Assembly: GCF_001194135.2 (NCBI RefSeq)
Contig: NC_068991.1
Location: 43,179,028-43,243,027 of the forward strand
Direction of reading: 5' to 3'
DNA length: 64,000 bases
From: Octopus bimaculoides
Lineage: Eukaryota
This document shows, one piece after another, positions 48,130-60,559 of the stretch; position 1 is the first letter of the stretch, and each line of letters begins with the position of its first letter. A model generated the notes under the pieces. The model was given only the letters and a program-made list of their open reading frames with translations, searched no databases and had not been told where the DNA came from. Made by a program: the position numbers and the translations under genes.

Positions 48130-49260
48130 GTCAAATTTGGGTCAGTTTGTCTTCATGACATGTTCTGTTGATCTCACTCGATGAACCCGCCTTTGACTTC
48201 GATGACAGCCTCCAAGCAACCTCAGAACTGGCCACAGGCTTTCGTCACTGTCTCCCATTTTAGGTCCCTGAATGCCCTAGTTATCCTGACCCTCAGCTTG
48301 TCCTTTGTGTTGCTGTTGGATTTGTTGGTCTCTCATTCCACTTCACTCCACACAAAGAAGTCAAGGGGGTTGTACTCAGGTGAGTTGGGAGGCCAAATGT
48401 CAGGTACTGTGTGATCAAAGAAATTCTCCAACAGCCAGGCCTGGGTCTTCCAGCTAGTGTGGCAGGGCACAGAGTCTTGTTACATATACAGCCTCCCTGC
48501 AGCTAACTCAGTTGATCCAAAGCTTCACCACTTCACTCAGAACATGGATGTAGCCATTGGTGTTCAATCTGAGGCTCTCAGGGAAGAAGTGGAGTGGCAT
48601 AACATCACCTTGTTGCTAACAACACCAAAGACCATGGTTGTCGCTGGAAATTTCGTCTGCATGACTCTGGTCACATCCTTGGGTGAGACCATGAGCTGCC
48701 TGTTATTCTGCAAGTTGACGTTCTGGTCTTAGCAGAAATTCTCGTTGGAAAAGAACCACTTTATATCTGGCCCCAGTGGGTGTGTCAACTTGTTAATCAG
48801 CTTCTTGGTGTGCTTGAGTTGCTTTTCTTGCATCACCTTGGACAGAAATTGTCCCTCCCTCCCCTTGTATGAAAAGTAGAGAATGTCTCCATGCACCACC
48901 AGCCTGATGAGTTTTTCATCCACAACCCTTTCTCCTGTGCGATAGAATGCATTGACTTGCTGGGATCATTGTTGGTGATCTCTGGGTTTCACCGACAAAT
49001 TCCAGTGTTCTGATGTTAACTGATCATTGAACATGGGATTTCTTCTCTACTGCCACTTCGTATTTGAATCCTGAATCTTCCAACTCCTTTCTGACCTTTT
49101 CCACCATCCTTCTGCTGATGTTGAGGAAGTCTCAAATCTCCTTGTTTCTCCTTCTCGCATGGATTCCAAGAAAGACTCCATGCCTCTTCTACAAATTGTG
49201 GTAGGGTGGGGTGTCAAAATATTCCAGAGTCAATTATTCTGCAAAAAAGTAAAGCAAAAA
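48130..49260 (-). mobile_element. maT-family (DD37D) mariner-like transposase remnant
   Basis: WFFSNENFC*DQ..N.QN; TKFPATTMVFGVVS; QDSVPCHTSWKTQAWLLENFFDHTVPDIWPPNSPEYNPLD, with 37 residues between D2 and D3. Confidence 0.9.
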
Positions 49261-49369
49261 TAGTTATTGTTTTTAAGAAGAAAAAATACCAACAAGAATT
49301 TTTTAAAATATGCATAAGATTAGCAGTTGAAAATTGTAAACAAATACTATCTGCATCTTGTACATGCAT

Positions 49370-49830
49370 GTGTGTGTGTTTGTGAGGGGAGGGTGAGTTG
49401 AGGAAGATGTTGGAAGTAAAGGGATCAAATTGGATTCAGCAGAAGACCTGAAAAATGGTGCATTGGAAGGGTGAGGTGGAGGGGTGGTAGGTGAGCAGGA
49501 AATGGAGGAAGGTAGTGGTGGCCAGAGCAAGGAGAGAGAGTGGATGCACAGTCAACAGATCAGGCAAGGGCGAGGTCAGTTTGGATAATGGAGGGTGGGG
49601 TATTCCTATTGGGTAGAGTATTCCTGTTGGGTGAAGTGGTGAGCCATGAGTTGGGAGTTGGGACTGTCTTGAAATCATGATCGTCACTACAGAGTCAGTT
49701 GGGAGAGAGGAACTGAGAGTAAGAGATGGACAGTTTGGTATGGTTAGGGTGGGAGGAGGAGAAGTTGATGTAAGAGTATGAGTCTGTGGGTTTGTAGTGG
49801 ATGGAGGTGGTAAGAGAGAAGTGGTGGAGA
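49370..49830 (-). mobile_element. Penelope-like (Poseidon-type) fragment
   Basis: Homologous to 24330-24725 (GATGGAGGTGGT.AGA, GTGAGTCTGTG, LTYHP). Confidence 0.7.
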
Positions 49831-49991
49831 GTAACAGAAATGTCACATTTTTTTCAGCATACCTTGACCATCTCAGACACATTTTTCTTTCTCTCCATCT
49901 TTTATCTCTCCTCATCTTTGTATTGTTTTTATTTTTTGACTATGTATATTATATGTGTATGTGTGTGAGTGCATGCGTGTATGTGTGTGTT

Positions 49992-50156
49992 TAGGCACAG
50001 GTGTGATTGTGTGGTAAGAAGCTTGCTTCCCAACTACATGATTCTGGGTTCAGTCAAACTGCATGGTTTGTTGTGCAAGTATCTTCTACTATAGCCTCTG
50101 GCTGACCAAACCCTTGTGAGTGTATTTGGTGGATGGAAACTGAAAGAAGCCCATTG

Positions 50157-50209
<53 letters not shown>

Positions 50210-50395
50210 ATGTATATATCTATGAGCGTGTGTGTCTCCACCACTGCTTGACAACCAGTGTTGGTGTGTTTATGTCCCCACAACTTAGCAGTTCAACAAA
50301 AGAGACCGATAGAATTAATACCAGGCTTGAAAAACATAAGTCCTGGAGTCAGCCCCGGTATGACCACTGTGTAATGACTGAAACAAGTAGAAGAT
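49992..50395 (+). mobile_element. SINE family A full-length copy
   Basis: Same head, internal (TA)n and 3' end as the other copies. Confidence 0.88.
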
Positions 50396-50819
50396 AAATG
50401 ATAAACAATATATATATATATATATATATACGCAGTAAAAATCACACCAATAATACAAGTAAAATTATGAGGTAAAGACAAGACAAACAAAGAATGCAGA
50501 TTACACAAGCATGTCCCTGAAAAGTATAGAAATGTAAAGCAAAAAAAAAAACATGGTAGAGAATCTTATGCTTTGAGTGGTACTCTTTATCAAAGAGAAG
50601 AAAAAGAATTAAGAGGCAAGAGAAAGAGAAAATGTATGATACTGAATATAAGACATCTGCTTATATGGCAGTGCTGTGCTGGAATATGTATCAAGCAATC
50701 AAATAGAAGACTGGACTGATTCAATTACCTCTAAATTTTCCCTGCATATATTGTCCTTGAAACTAACTAAATGGCATCTGTTGTTATTATTAAGATCAGC
50801 TTTATTTGTCATTGTCATT

Positions 50820-51190
50820 GTTATCTCCACCTTAGTGAAGGCAGAGGTATTGTTTTCAGTCGTGTTTGTTTGTTCATTTGTCCATGGACAAGATATCTCA
50901 AGAACTGCTGGATGGATTCAGATGAAACTTTCAGGGATGTTAGGCCTCATGACTGGCACAAACTGATTAGATTTTGGGATGGATCCAGTTCCAGGCAAGG
51001 ATTCTGGACTACTTTCCTGTTTTTTTTTTATTTAATTTATGAGTGTGGGTGGGTTCATTTTTACTATTTTCGTTTGTGAGAGCAGTTGAGTTTATTTCAG
51101 ATATTCTCATTTAAAAAATCATCTCTGACTAATCGTTGAGAGGACTTTGGTGTTGCCTTGGTGGAGGTTTGTACTCTCAGTGCTCTTGTT
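50820..51190 (+). mobile_element. Helentron-associated non-autonomous element (HINE/DINE-1-like)
   Basis: 5' CTCCACCTT...AAGGCAGAGG palindrome, (GTTT)n tract, 3' CCTTGGTGGAGG subterminal inverted copy, terminal hairpin GTACTCTCAGTGC and TT end. Confidence 0.65.
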
Positions 51191-52070
51191 CAGATTAATA
51201 TCATTCTCATTATCATTTTGAAGACTGCTGTTTTTCTTAATTCTTCTTTACCTACTTACCTAGTGATCAAGTCAGGGACTTAACAAGAGTTTTCACCACC
51301 TAGGAGTAAAGACACTTTGACACACCTACCTTAATTAGCAAGTATGATAGGCCAGTGGAAATTTCTATTTCCTGATGTCTTTTTGGATGCACAGGGTATT
51401 TGCAAATGTCATGCATGCACTCACACATACGCACATGCACACACACATATGTACATGTGTGTGTAGGTAAATCAAAAATGAAAACAACTAAAAACAAAAA
51501 CAACAGTCAAAAGGGTGTACACGTGAATGTATTAGGTTGAGTTCAGTTTAAGATGAAAAAAAGATGAGGATTGAATTCAGTTTAAGATGAAAAAATGATG
51601 TGATGTTTTGAGCATGGCTCTTCATCAGAAAGAGGAAAGAGAAAAGTTCTGGAGAGAAGGAAAAGAATAGTCCAAAAAAAATCACATGGTCGTTACATGG
51701 CTGAAGTGACCAGATTATAGAGGAAGAGAGAGAGAGAGAGAGAAAGATTGAAAGATTCTCATCAGTCTCAGCCAACAACTAATGAAGTTGTGATTAGTTA
51801 AAGGCTTTTTTCAACACAACCCATTCTTAACAACAGAATTCACAGTGTTGGTTGCTTTGGGTAACAAAGTAAAAGCTAAAATCTTATTCAGCTGCTTACA
51901 TGTCCCTTTCACCAGAAAGAATTCAGTTGGTTGAAGACCAATGGAAAATTCACAATCACTAAAATATATTGATGAAAGGTTTTTATCATTTAATTCATCA
52001 TTGATGTTTTTTGTTTGTTTTTTCTCCTTTTCAAGTGAAATCTTATCGTTTCAGGTCCATTTTCTCAATT

Positions 52071-52170
52071 ATGTCTTCATATTATGAGTTAAAAAACAGA
52101 CGATTTATAATCAGATGTATGCTCTTATTTGGTTTGTCTACATGCATAGGATCATCTCTTTTAGGTCTGA
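52071..52170 (+). CDS. B3GAT: B3GAT first coding exon: cytoplasmic tail plus type II membrane anchor (MSSYYELKNRRFIIRCMLLFGLSTCIGSSLLGL)
   Basis: ATG at 52071 and a phase-1 donor A|GTAAGT that joins 54665 in frame (codon ACT). Basic residues precede a hydrophobic stretch. Upstream acceptor TTTCAG ends at 52054. Confidence 0.75.
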
Positions 52171-52395
52171 GTAAGTTCATCTTATTTACATTCTATTGTT
52201 TTCTCATGCTGTATTTATTTGTCAATAATATGCACTTGTGTATGATACATATTATGTAAGGCTATGAAATCCTAGTAAAAATATCATGCATTGAATTTTC
52301 TAAAATGAAGTGTTTGGTCAGATTTATTAAAATCTGACCAAAAGTTCATGTAAACTAAATAAAACAAAAACCAAATTTGAAAGTGTTATATCACA

Positions 52396-52594
52396 TGTTC
52401 GGATGGCGTGCCTTCGCCAATAATGTACCTCTACTCAACTACCGAACTCTCACTTCCGACGATTTGACTCAATAGAACTCAACGTCTAGTCCACTCATGG
52501 ATCCAGCTTGCTCTACGCGATGCTTCTATGACTAGCTATCACGTCCACTATTTATACGTATTGGACTAGCCTACTTATTGTCTGGGAGCATCCA
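52396..52594 (-). mobile_element. 199-bp solo LTR
   Basis: TG...CA ends, 4-bp TSD CACA (52392-95 and 52595-98), TATA-like GTATAAATAG on the minus strand (52557-52548), and many intact CpGs. Confidence 0.7.
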
Positions 52595-52739
52595 CACAAC
52601 AGAAAGTGACCTCTGAACTTTACCAGTTAAAAGTGAACTTTTAACTTTACTTTCAAACTTGAAATTACTACCATCAGCCTTCATTACAGAAAGATATAAA
52701 GAACAATATAGAATGTAAATGCTTTCATTAAATTCATGG

Positions 52740-53320
52740 GATGTAGTAATGGAGGCTGGGGTACATATATTTATATCTGGACCTTTGCCCAGTTGTACCT
52801 GTTAAGTCACCATTACTCACCCACCTTCTTATCTATTCAATATCCTTTCATTACTCTACCATTCCTACTATCACTGTACCATGCCATCTGTGAAATGAGA
52901 GGAAAATATTAGATCTGTCTGTATTCAATCCCCTTCCTCTAACTCTATATCCTATTCTTCTCTCCACTATCTTTCTGAATCATGATGCTTAAGTAAGGTG
53001 TGAATCTGAATTACATCCCCATTTACCCTTCTATGGTACCTACCATCACTCCTCTCCCAATGTCATTATTGTTCTTTCACATTATAACCTGCCTTTAATT
53101 CTCATTGCTCCTCTGGTACTATATCTACAATTTCTTTCTCCTTTTCCTCACCATTACCCCAACCATGTTGTTTCCCCTGTTTCTCCTTTCTTTTTCCCTC
53201 CCACTCTAGTTTTATCTTCTGCAATGGTCCTCTCTTCTGCCCACTCTTACAATAATGTTACCCTGATGAAACAGACAACACCACAAAACAGTAAGGATCC
53301 TGATAGAGGGTAACCTTATT
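52740..53320 (+). mobile_element. Pyrimidine-rich Penelope-like terminal segment ending in a decayed hammerhead-like motif
   Basis: Similar to 8170-8600 and 12300-12560. CTGATGA lies inside the GTTACC/GGTAAC inverted pair at 53257-53314. Confidence 0.4.
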
Positions 53321-54664
53321 AATGTTACAGCCATGATAAAATGTACATAGTATGCTCTGTACAGGTGTTCATAGAAGTGATGTTTCTAGTGTACTGTGAA
53401 AAACATGTCTAACCATTCTAAACATGAGGAAATATTAACTTGCTTGGAAACGCCATAATTGGTGAGAGGAAGGGAACCCAGCCATAGAAAATCTGCTTCA
53501 ACAAATTCCGTCTGACCCATGGAAGCATGGAAAAGTTGACATTAAATGATGATGATAATATAATGATGATATCTGTTGAAATTCACTGCCTTTTTTCAAA
53601 TAATTTTGAAAATAATAAAGGATTTAGTGAAATAACATTTCCGTTATTAATCTGGTGTTTGGAACATAAATTAGCATGAAAGTTTGGTGCGAAGTTCTCA
53701 TTTACATCGATTTAAATCAGGAAATTTGTATCATAGAACCAAGGGTGGTTCTCAAGCATGTGGGCATCAAAAGAGTTGATGTTTATGTTTTAATTTCTGG
53801 TAATTTTTTTTTTTCAAATATACACTTAATTTTTCCAACACTGCTGCCAACATATCTGTGCATATACAAGCAACAAGTTTAGACAGATATGTGTGTTATA
53901 ACATGTGTATGGAGACTGGCAAAATTGAACTCTCCATAAGTATTTGTTTGTTTGCATGCATGACATCATCAACTTGTGTTTATTTACAATTCCAAAATTT
54001 ACATATGCACTGCATAGTGACATATACTTGGTCATTTGCTTGTGGGGCATATTTATGAATATGTGTTAGTGCATGCTATGAATTTCCAACTCAGAGCAAG
54101 ATTAAAAAGATAAATTAGAGGCAACTTTTTGTGCCCTTTAAGTAAAAAATTTGCAACTTATATACAAGTGTATTTAGTCTCATTATTAGTATAGAAAAAT
54201 ATAACATATTGATTTTACCTCCTCATTACAAATCAGTTTGCTTGGACAATAATATAACAAGTCATACTGTCCAGAATATGGACTCACACTTGGATTGGGG
54301 AAAATAAGTAGCCTCTTTATTACTGTGTTTCAAAGGGAGTTCAACCATAAATATTAACTTATAATACATTTAATACATTGGGTTTTTAACCTATTGTATT
54401 TTTCATTTGTTTCTACATTTGTGTTGCAAAGGTATCATTTAAGTTCTCATGTATAGTACACCACCTTAAACTTTTAGACTTTTAGGCTTAAAAATCTGGG
54501 GAAAAGTGTGTAGTATACTTGGTGTTTTTATTGGCTTCTTTCTCTTGGCTAATTTAACTGAAAACAGGCTATGCATGCAATTTATTATTGAATGATTTAG
54601 TGAGAGGAATTACTTCCATGACAAGATATATTGTGTTTCTTGAGTTTTTCTTTTGTCATTTCAG

Positions 54665-55182
54665 CTATTTTCCTCAATGAAAATACTTCTATTGATGAAC
54701 GGAAATTAAGCTTGTTAACTGACTGCCAGCAGAAGTTGAAAGACAGAGATGATTATATTTTCACTCTTAAAACTGCACATAAGCCAATGAAACAAAATAG
54801 ACAGAAAGAAACAATTACAATTTTTGCTATCACTCCCACTTACTCACGTTTAGTACAGAAAGCTGAGCTCACAAGACTTTCACAAACATTTTTACATATC
54901 CCCAATTTCCATTGGATTGTAGTAGAAGATTCTTCTACAAAAACTACGTTGGTGGCCAATTTTTTGAAAGAAAGCAACTTAAATTATACACATTTAAATG
55001 TAAAAACACCTGACAATTATAAACTGAAACCAACAGACCCTAACTGGTTAAAACCACGTGGGGTGCTTCAACGAAACCTTGCCCTTAATTGGCTTCGGGA
55101 AAATATTGACATTAACACGCAGAAAGGAGTTCTTTATTTTGCAGATGATGATAATACATATTCCTTGAAAGTCTTTGAAGAG
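54665..55182 (+). CDS. B3GAT: B3GAT exon (518 nt): stem plus N-terminal GT43 catalytic domain with the DDD motif
   Basis: IFAITPTYSRLVQKAELTRLSQTF...WIVVED...PRGVLQRNLALNWLRE...GVLYFADDDNTYSLKVFEE. Acceptor catttcag, donor GTTACT. B3GAT1/2/3 orthology is not resolvable by eye. Confidence 0.96.
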
Positions 55183-55224
55183 GTTACTTCTCTTTTTATT
55201 ATTATTTATTATTATAAAGAAATC

Positions 55225-55578
55225 ATTATTATTATTATTATTATTCAGTAGTTTTATTTTTATAACGTGCTTTCACTTCACTACCGAGCGCAGCTCTGTG
55301 CGCCTTGGGTATGTGCTGTGGTTTGCTGTAGTGCTCTTATGTTTACTGTATTGAAAGTGTTTTGCGTAGAATGTGTGCAGTACCCAGTAGTGCAATTTTC
55401 TGTATGTTATATATATTTGTAAGTCCTGGTATTTTTGTTATGTATTTGTCTGAATATTTTTTTATTATACCTAAGGCACCTACTATGATAGGAATTGTTT
55501 CTGTTTTTAGATTCCACATTCGAGTTATCTCTATTTCCAGGTCTTTGTATTTTGAAAGTTTTTCCATTTCTTTTAGAG
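55225..55578 (-). mobile_element. R4/Dong-like non-LTR retrotransposon 3' end (restriction-like endonuclease C-terminus, 3' UTR, (AAT)n tail)
   Basis: LKEMEKLSKYKDLEIEITRMWNLKTETIPIIVGALG...QKIALLGTAHILRKTL, 3' UTR hairpin GCGCA-N6-TGCGC, tail in (ATT)7 at 55225-55245. Confidence 0.85.
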
Positions 55579-56522
55579 NNNNNNNNNNNNNNNNNNNNNN
55601 NNNNNNNNNNNNNNNNNNNNNNNNNNNNNNNNNNNNNNNNNNNNNNNNNNNNNNNNNNNNNNNNNNNNNNNNNNNNNNNNNNNNNNNNNNNNNNNNNNNN
55701 NNNNNNNNNNNNNNNNNNNNNNNNNNNNNNNNNNNNNNNNNNNNNNNNNNNNNNNNNNNNNNNNNNNNNNNNNNNNNNNNNNNNNNNNNNNNNNNNNNNN
55801 NNNNNNNNNNNNNNNNNNNNNNNNNNNNNNNNNNNNNNNNNNNNNNNNNNNNNNNNNNNNNNNNNNNNNNNNNNNNNNNNNNNNNNNNNNNNNNNNNNNN
55901 NNNNNNNNNNNNNNNNNNNNNNNNNNNNNNNNNNNNNNNNNNNNNNNNNNNNNNNNNNNNNNNNNNNNNNNNNNNNNNNNNNNNNNNNNNNNNNNNNNNN
56001 NNNNNNNNNNNNNNNNNNNNNNNNNNNNNNNNNNNNNNNNNNNNNNNNNNNNNNNNNNNNNNNNNNNNNNNNNNNNNNNNNNNNNNNNNNNNNNNNNNNN
56101 NNNNNNNNNNNNNNNNNNNNNNNNNNNNNNNNNNNNNNNNNNNNNNNNNNNNNNNNNNNNNNNNNNNNNNNNNNNNNNNNNNNNNNNNNNNNNNNNNNNN
56201 NNNNNNNNNNNNNNNNNNNNNNNNNNNNNNNNNNNNNNNNNNNNNNNNNNNNNNNNNNNNNNNNNNNNNNNNNNNNNNNNNNNNNNNNNNNNNNNNNNNN
56301 NNNNNNNNNNNNNNNNNNNNNNNNNNNNNNNNNNNNNNNNNNNNNNNNNNNNNNNNNNNNNNNNNNNNNNNNNNNNNNNNNNNNNNNNNNNNNNNNNNNN
56401 NNNNNNNNNNNNNNNNNNNNNNNNNNNNNNNNNNNNNNNNNNNNNNNNNNNNNNNNNNNNNNNNNNNNNNNNNNNNNNNNNNNNNNNNNNNNNNNNNNNN
56501 NNNNNNNNNNNNNNNNNNNNNN
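55579..56522. other. Assembly gap
   Basis: N run. Confidence 1.
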
Positions 56523-56544
56523 ATAGTAGAAAGAATTATTATTA

Positions 56545-58520
56545 TAAGGCAAGCTGGCAGAATTGTTAGCATGCTGGGCAAAATGCTTAGTGGTATTTTG
56601 TGTCTTTACATTCTGTGTTCAAATTCTGCTGAGGTCAACTTTGCCTTTCATCCTTTCAGGGTCGATAAAATAAGTACCAGTTAAACACTGGGGTCGATGT
56701 AATTGACTCATCCCAACCTCCCCCAAGCTGCCCTTGTGGCAAAAATTTGAAAAAATTATTATTATTGCTGAGTGAGAGTAGCACATGCCATCAAAGTGAC
56801 ACTGGGGTACAAATATACGAAGCCCAATATACCCCTCATGACTAGCCATCTGATAAGCACATGCATCACAACCATACATGCACAGCATGGTGATCTCACA
56901 TCAAGATAAACAGTGCATGACCTTGCAGGAGGAGCTCAGAATTTTCTTCAGGTCAAGCAGCCTATCCCACTCAAAATGTCCCTGAATAAAGGTTGTTAAG
57001 GATGATGAACGAAACACTCATGTTTCTAAAGGTGAATTATTCAAACCCCAAAGAATCAGTCTCCATACATGGCTATGATGCACCCCTACTACTGCTGCTT
57101 ATGATTGGAGATGCACATGTTGTTGGTCAGTAAGGGACATGCCCAACTGGCTATGGTCAAGCAACTGACAGGGAAATCTATGGTGTTGGGCAGAATATTT
57201 GCTGTAGCCCATCTTTTACACCAAAGCAAAACATGTACATGTTTACTCTTCCAATCAGTTAAGATCAGAAACCATGAGAGCCACTGCTTGATACTGCATC
57301 AAGGCATTTATTATTATTATTATAATTATTATCATTATTATATGGTGGCAAGCTGGCAGAATTGTTAGCACGCTAGACGAAATGCTTAGCAGTGTTTGGC
57401 CTGTCATTCCATTCTAAGTTCAAATTCCACCAAGGTCAACTTTGCCTTTCATCCTTTTGAGGTTGATAAACTAAGTATCAGTTACACACTGGGATTGATG
57501 TAATCGACTGTCCCCTCCCCCAAAATTCCAGGCCTTGTGCCTATAGTAGAAAGGATTATTATTATATTTATTAAAGGCAGCAACCTGGCAGAATTGTTAA
57601 TATGCCAGACAAAATGCTAAGCAGCATTTTGTCCATTTTTACATTCTGATTTCAAAATTCTGGCAAAGTTGACTTTGCCTTTTATCCTTTTCAGCTTAAT
57701 AAAATAAGTACCTGTTGAGCTCTGGATTTGATGTAATTGATTAGTCACTCCCACCAAAATTTTAGGCCTTGTGCCTGTAGTAGAAAAAAAATATTTAAAG
57801 GAGGTGAGCTAGCCGAATTGTCAGAATGCATAGCAGCATTTCTTCTAGTTTTACATTCTGAATTCAAATTCCACCACGGTCAATTTTGCCTTTCATCCTT
57901 TCAAGGTCAATGAAATAAATACTTGTTGAGCACATCAATGTAATCAACTAACTCCTGGCCCCAGCATTTATTTGCTTGTGCCTGTAGTAGAAAGGATTAT
58001 TATTATTATTATTCCACCAAAGTCAACTTTTCCTTTCATCCTTTCGGGGTCAATAAACACTGGGATTGATGTAATTGATTCATCCCCTCACCTAAAATTG
58101 CTGCCCTTGTGGCAAAATTTGAAACCATTATTATTATTATTAGCAGCAGCTGCAGTAATATTATTAGTGATTTTGCTCTTCATCCTTCCAGAATTGATAA
58201 ACTACATACCAGTAATATGTTGAATTAAATTCAATTTGTTATACTCCTCTTCTACATATTAGTAGTCTTGTGTCGATGCAAGGAATCATTGCCATTATTT
58301 TTTGGCAGTGGAGTGCCAGAATCATTACAGTGACAGAAAAAATGCTTTGTAGTATTCTTTCTGGCTCTTTACTTTCTAAGTTCTAACTCCAAGGTCAATT
58401 TTGCCTTTTATGTTTCTGTGGGGTTGATAAAATAAAGTGTCAGTCAAGTACTTGAATCAATGGTATCAACTACTCCCTCCCCTCAAAACTACTGACCTTA
58501 TGTCTAAATCAAAAGCCATT
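56545..58520 (+). mobile_element. Head-to-tail cluster of at least six SINE family B copies plus one unclassified (ATT)n-tailed element of about 550 bp
   Basis: Copies at about 56545-56765, 57340-57565, 57572-57810, 57815-57995, 58010-58140 and 58300-58520, mostly ending in (ATT)n. Unclassified block at 56770-57330. Confidence 0.85.
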
Positions 58521-58554
58521 GTTATTATGACTCATACTCCACAGTAGAAGTGTT

Positions 58555-58802
58555 AAGGCCACATCCCCTGGTCAAGAGGATTGGCCTGCAAGAGTCCTGT
58601 GCCAGTGCCATGTAAAAGCGTTTGTGCTGGTGGCACATTAAAAGCAGCCAGCACACCTTGTAAAGTGGTTGGCATTAGAAAGGCATCCAGCTGTAGAAAC
58701 CAAGCCAAATCAGACTGGAACCTGATTCAGCTTGCCAGTTCTGGTCAAACCGTCCAACCTATGCCAACATGGAAAACAGACATTAAAGAATGATGATGAT
58801 AA
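58555..58802 (+). mobile_element. RTE 3' UTR fragment with (GAT)n tail
   Basis: GTGGTTGGCATTAGAAAGGCATCCAGCTGTAGAAAC...GATGATGAT. Confidence 0.85.
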
Positions 58803-58984
58803 TTTGATCAAAAATGTTTCAATTAGGTGACCATAATTTCTATGTAGTTAATAGCACTATGCTGTGTCCTTTGAAAAAATACTTAAATATTAACAGTTGA
58901 GGCCATTTAGCTGTGACTGGTACCATGGAAATGTAGAGTCTAGTATTGAACATGGTGATTGCATAACTGATCTTTATATTTTAT

Positions 58985-59365
58985 CTTTTATCTGTTTTAG
59001 TCATTAGACTGTGGCCATGCTGGGGCACCAACTTGAAGAACTTTTAGTCAAATTAATCAACCCCAGTACCTTTTTTTAAGTCTGGTACTTATTATATTGG
59101 TTTCTTTTGGCCAAACTGCTAAGCTACAGGGGTGTAAACAAACCAGGGGAACAAATACAGACACAAAGTCACACACACATAGATACATGCAATATATATA
59201 TATATATATACGATGGGCTTCTTTCAGTTTCCATCTACCAAATCCTCTCACAAGGCTTTGGTCGCCCAAGGCTATAGTAGAAGACACTTGCCCAAGGTGC
59301 TATGCAGTGGGACTGAACCCAGAACCATGTGGTTGGGAAGCAAGCTTCTTACCACACAGCTATGC
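58985..59365 (-). mobile_element. SINE family A full-length copy
   Basis: Reverse complement of 28921-29304, CpG-decayed. Confidence 0.88.
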
Positions 59366-60559
59366 CGTAATTTGTTAGCTAGCAGTACTGATCTTAAATT
59401 TTCCAATGAATTTAACCTGGAGGATATCTTCTTTTAAATGCACTGCATAAAGACAAAAGCTTGAGCAGTACCACAATGACCCGATAATATTTTTTTCTTA
59501 TGGATGTGTAGGATACCATAATTAATATAGAAATGTAAGCTCTTATAAACTGAATTTGTAGCCCATCTTTGATTCCCTAATTATCTTTTGGAACTGCTTC
59601 TATAATGAACTCAGAAAAAGTGAATAAATGATATTACATTCCCTTTCTCTTTTGCCTATAAAAGTAGGTTGTTAGCCCACTTAGGAAATTTCAGCAGTTA
59701 TGCCTCACTTTTATGGTATTAATTTATGGACAATGCTCCCTGCAATTTGTTTTTGTTGTTTCTTACATAGAATGGGTATTAAATGTTGAAAGGATGTTTT
59801 TGTAATGTCTTGTTTATGACTTTTAGTCACATCTTTTTAAAAGGCTTAGTGGTTAGAGTATTGGGCTCAAAATCCTAAGGTTGTGGGTTTGATTCCTGAA
59901 CCAAGCAGTGCATTGTGCTTGTGAGCAAGGAGCTTTATTTGGTGCTGCCCCTGTTTACTCAACTGAAAATTAATAGAAGTCTAGTGCTAGTGCAGCCCTC
60001 CTCTCTCTCTTCTTGCTGCATCCATAATGTTCCATTGGGTCAAAGAGTGTCTGTGTCTGTTTGTGTCTACAGAGGTGCCAAAAACAATTAGTGAAAGTGT
60101 GGTAATGCATACTTGCTTACAAATGGTGGCTATATTCTTTTTTTAATGTCTCTGAAATGTACCCTGTATCTATTGATTCATTTCAAATCTACTGAATATA
60201 GTTAGGCAGTTCACTTGGTACATCATTGTTTCAGCTCTCATAGCAATTGAAAGTAGATCTTTAATTAATCTAGGAATGTTAGTAAGATAAATTGGTACCC
60301 TGTTCAGATTGAGATTTATATCCTATTCACTCTGTAACATGAATGTTGAGGTATTTACTGGCATGACTGGAGCTAAGAAATATACATGATTCCTTTGTTT
60401 TTTTGTTTTTTTTATATTGACTCATTGAGATACCACTGAAAAGTTTATTTTCAATCAAATATATATTAAAAAGATGATATTTTGTTACTTTCTCCAGGTC
60501 ATTGATAGTGCTGCAACCCAATGAAATATCTGTTGGTTATACATTTTTCTTACAGCTTG

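Noticed and set aside
51604-51630. Minus-strand CTGATGAAGAGCCATGCTCAAAAC hammerhead half
   Set aside because: GAAA is mutated and no stem I partner or cleavage triplet is recognisable. At most it is a dead remnant.
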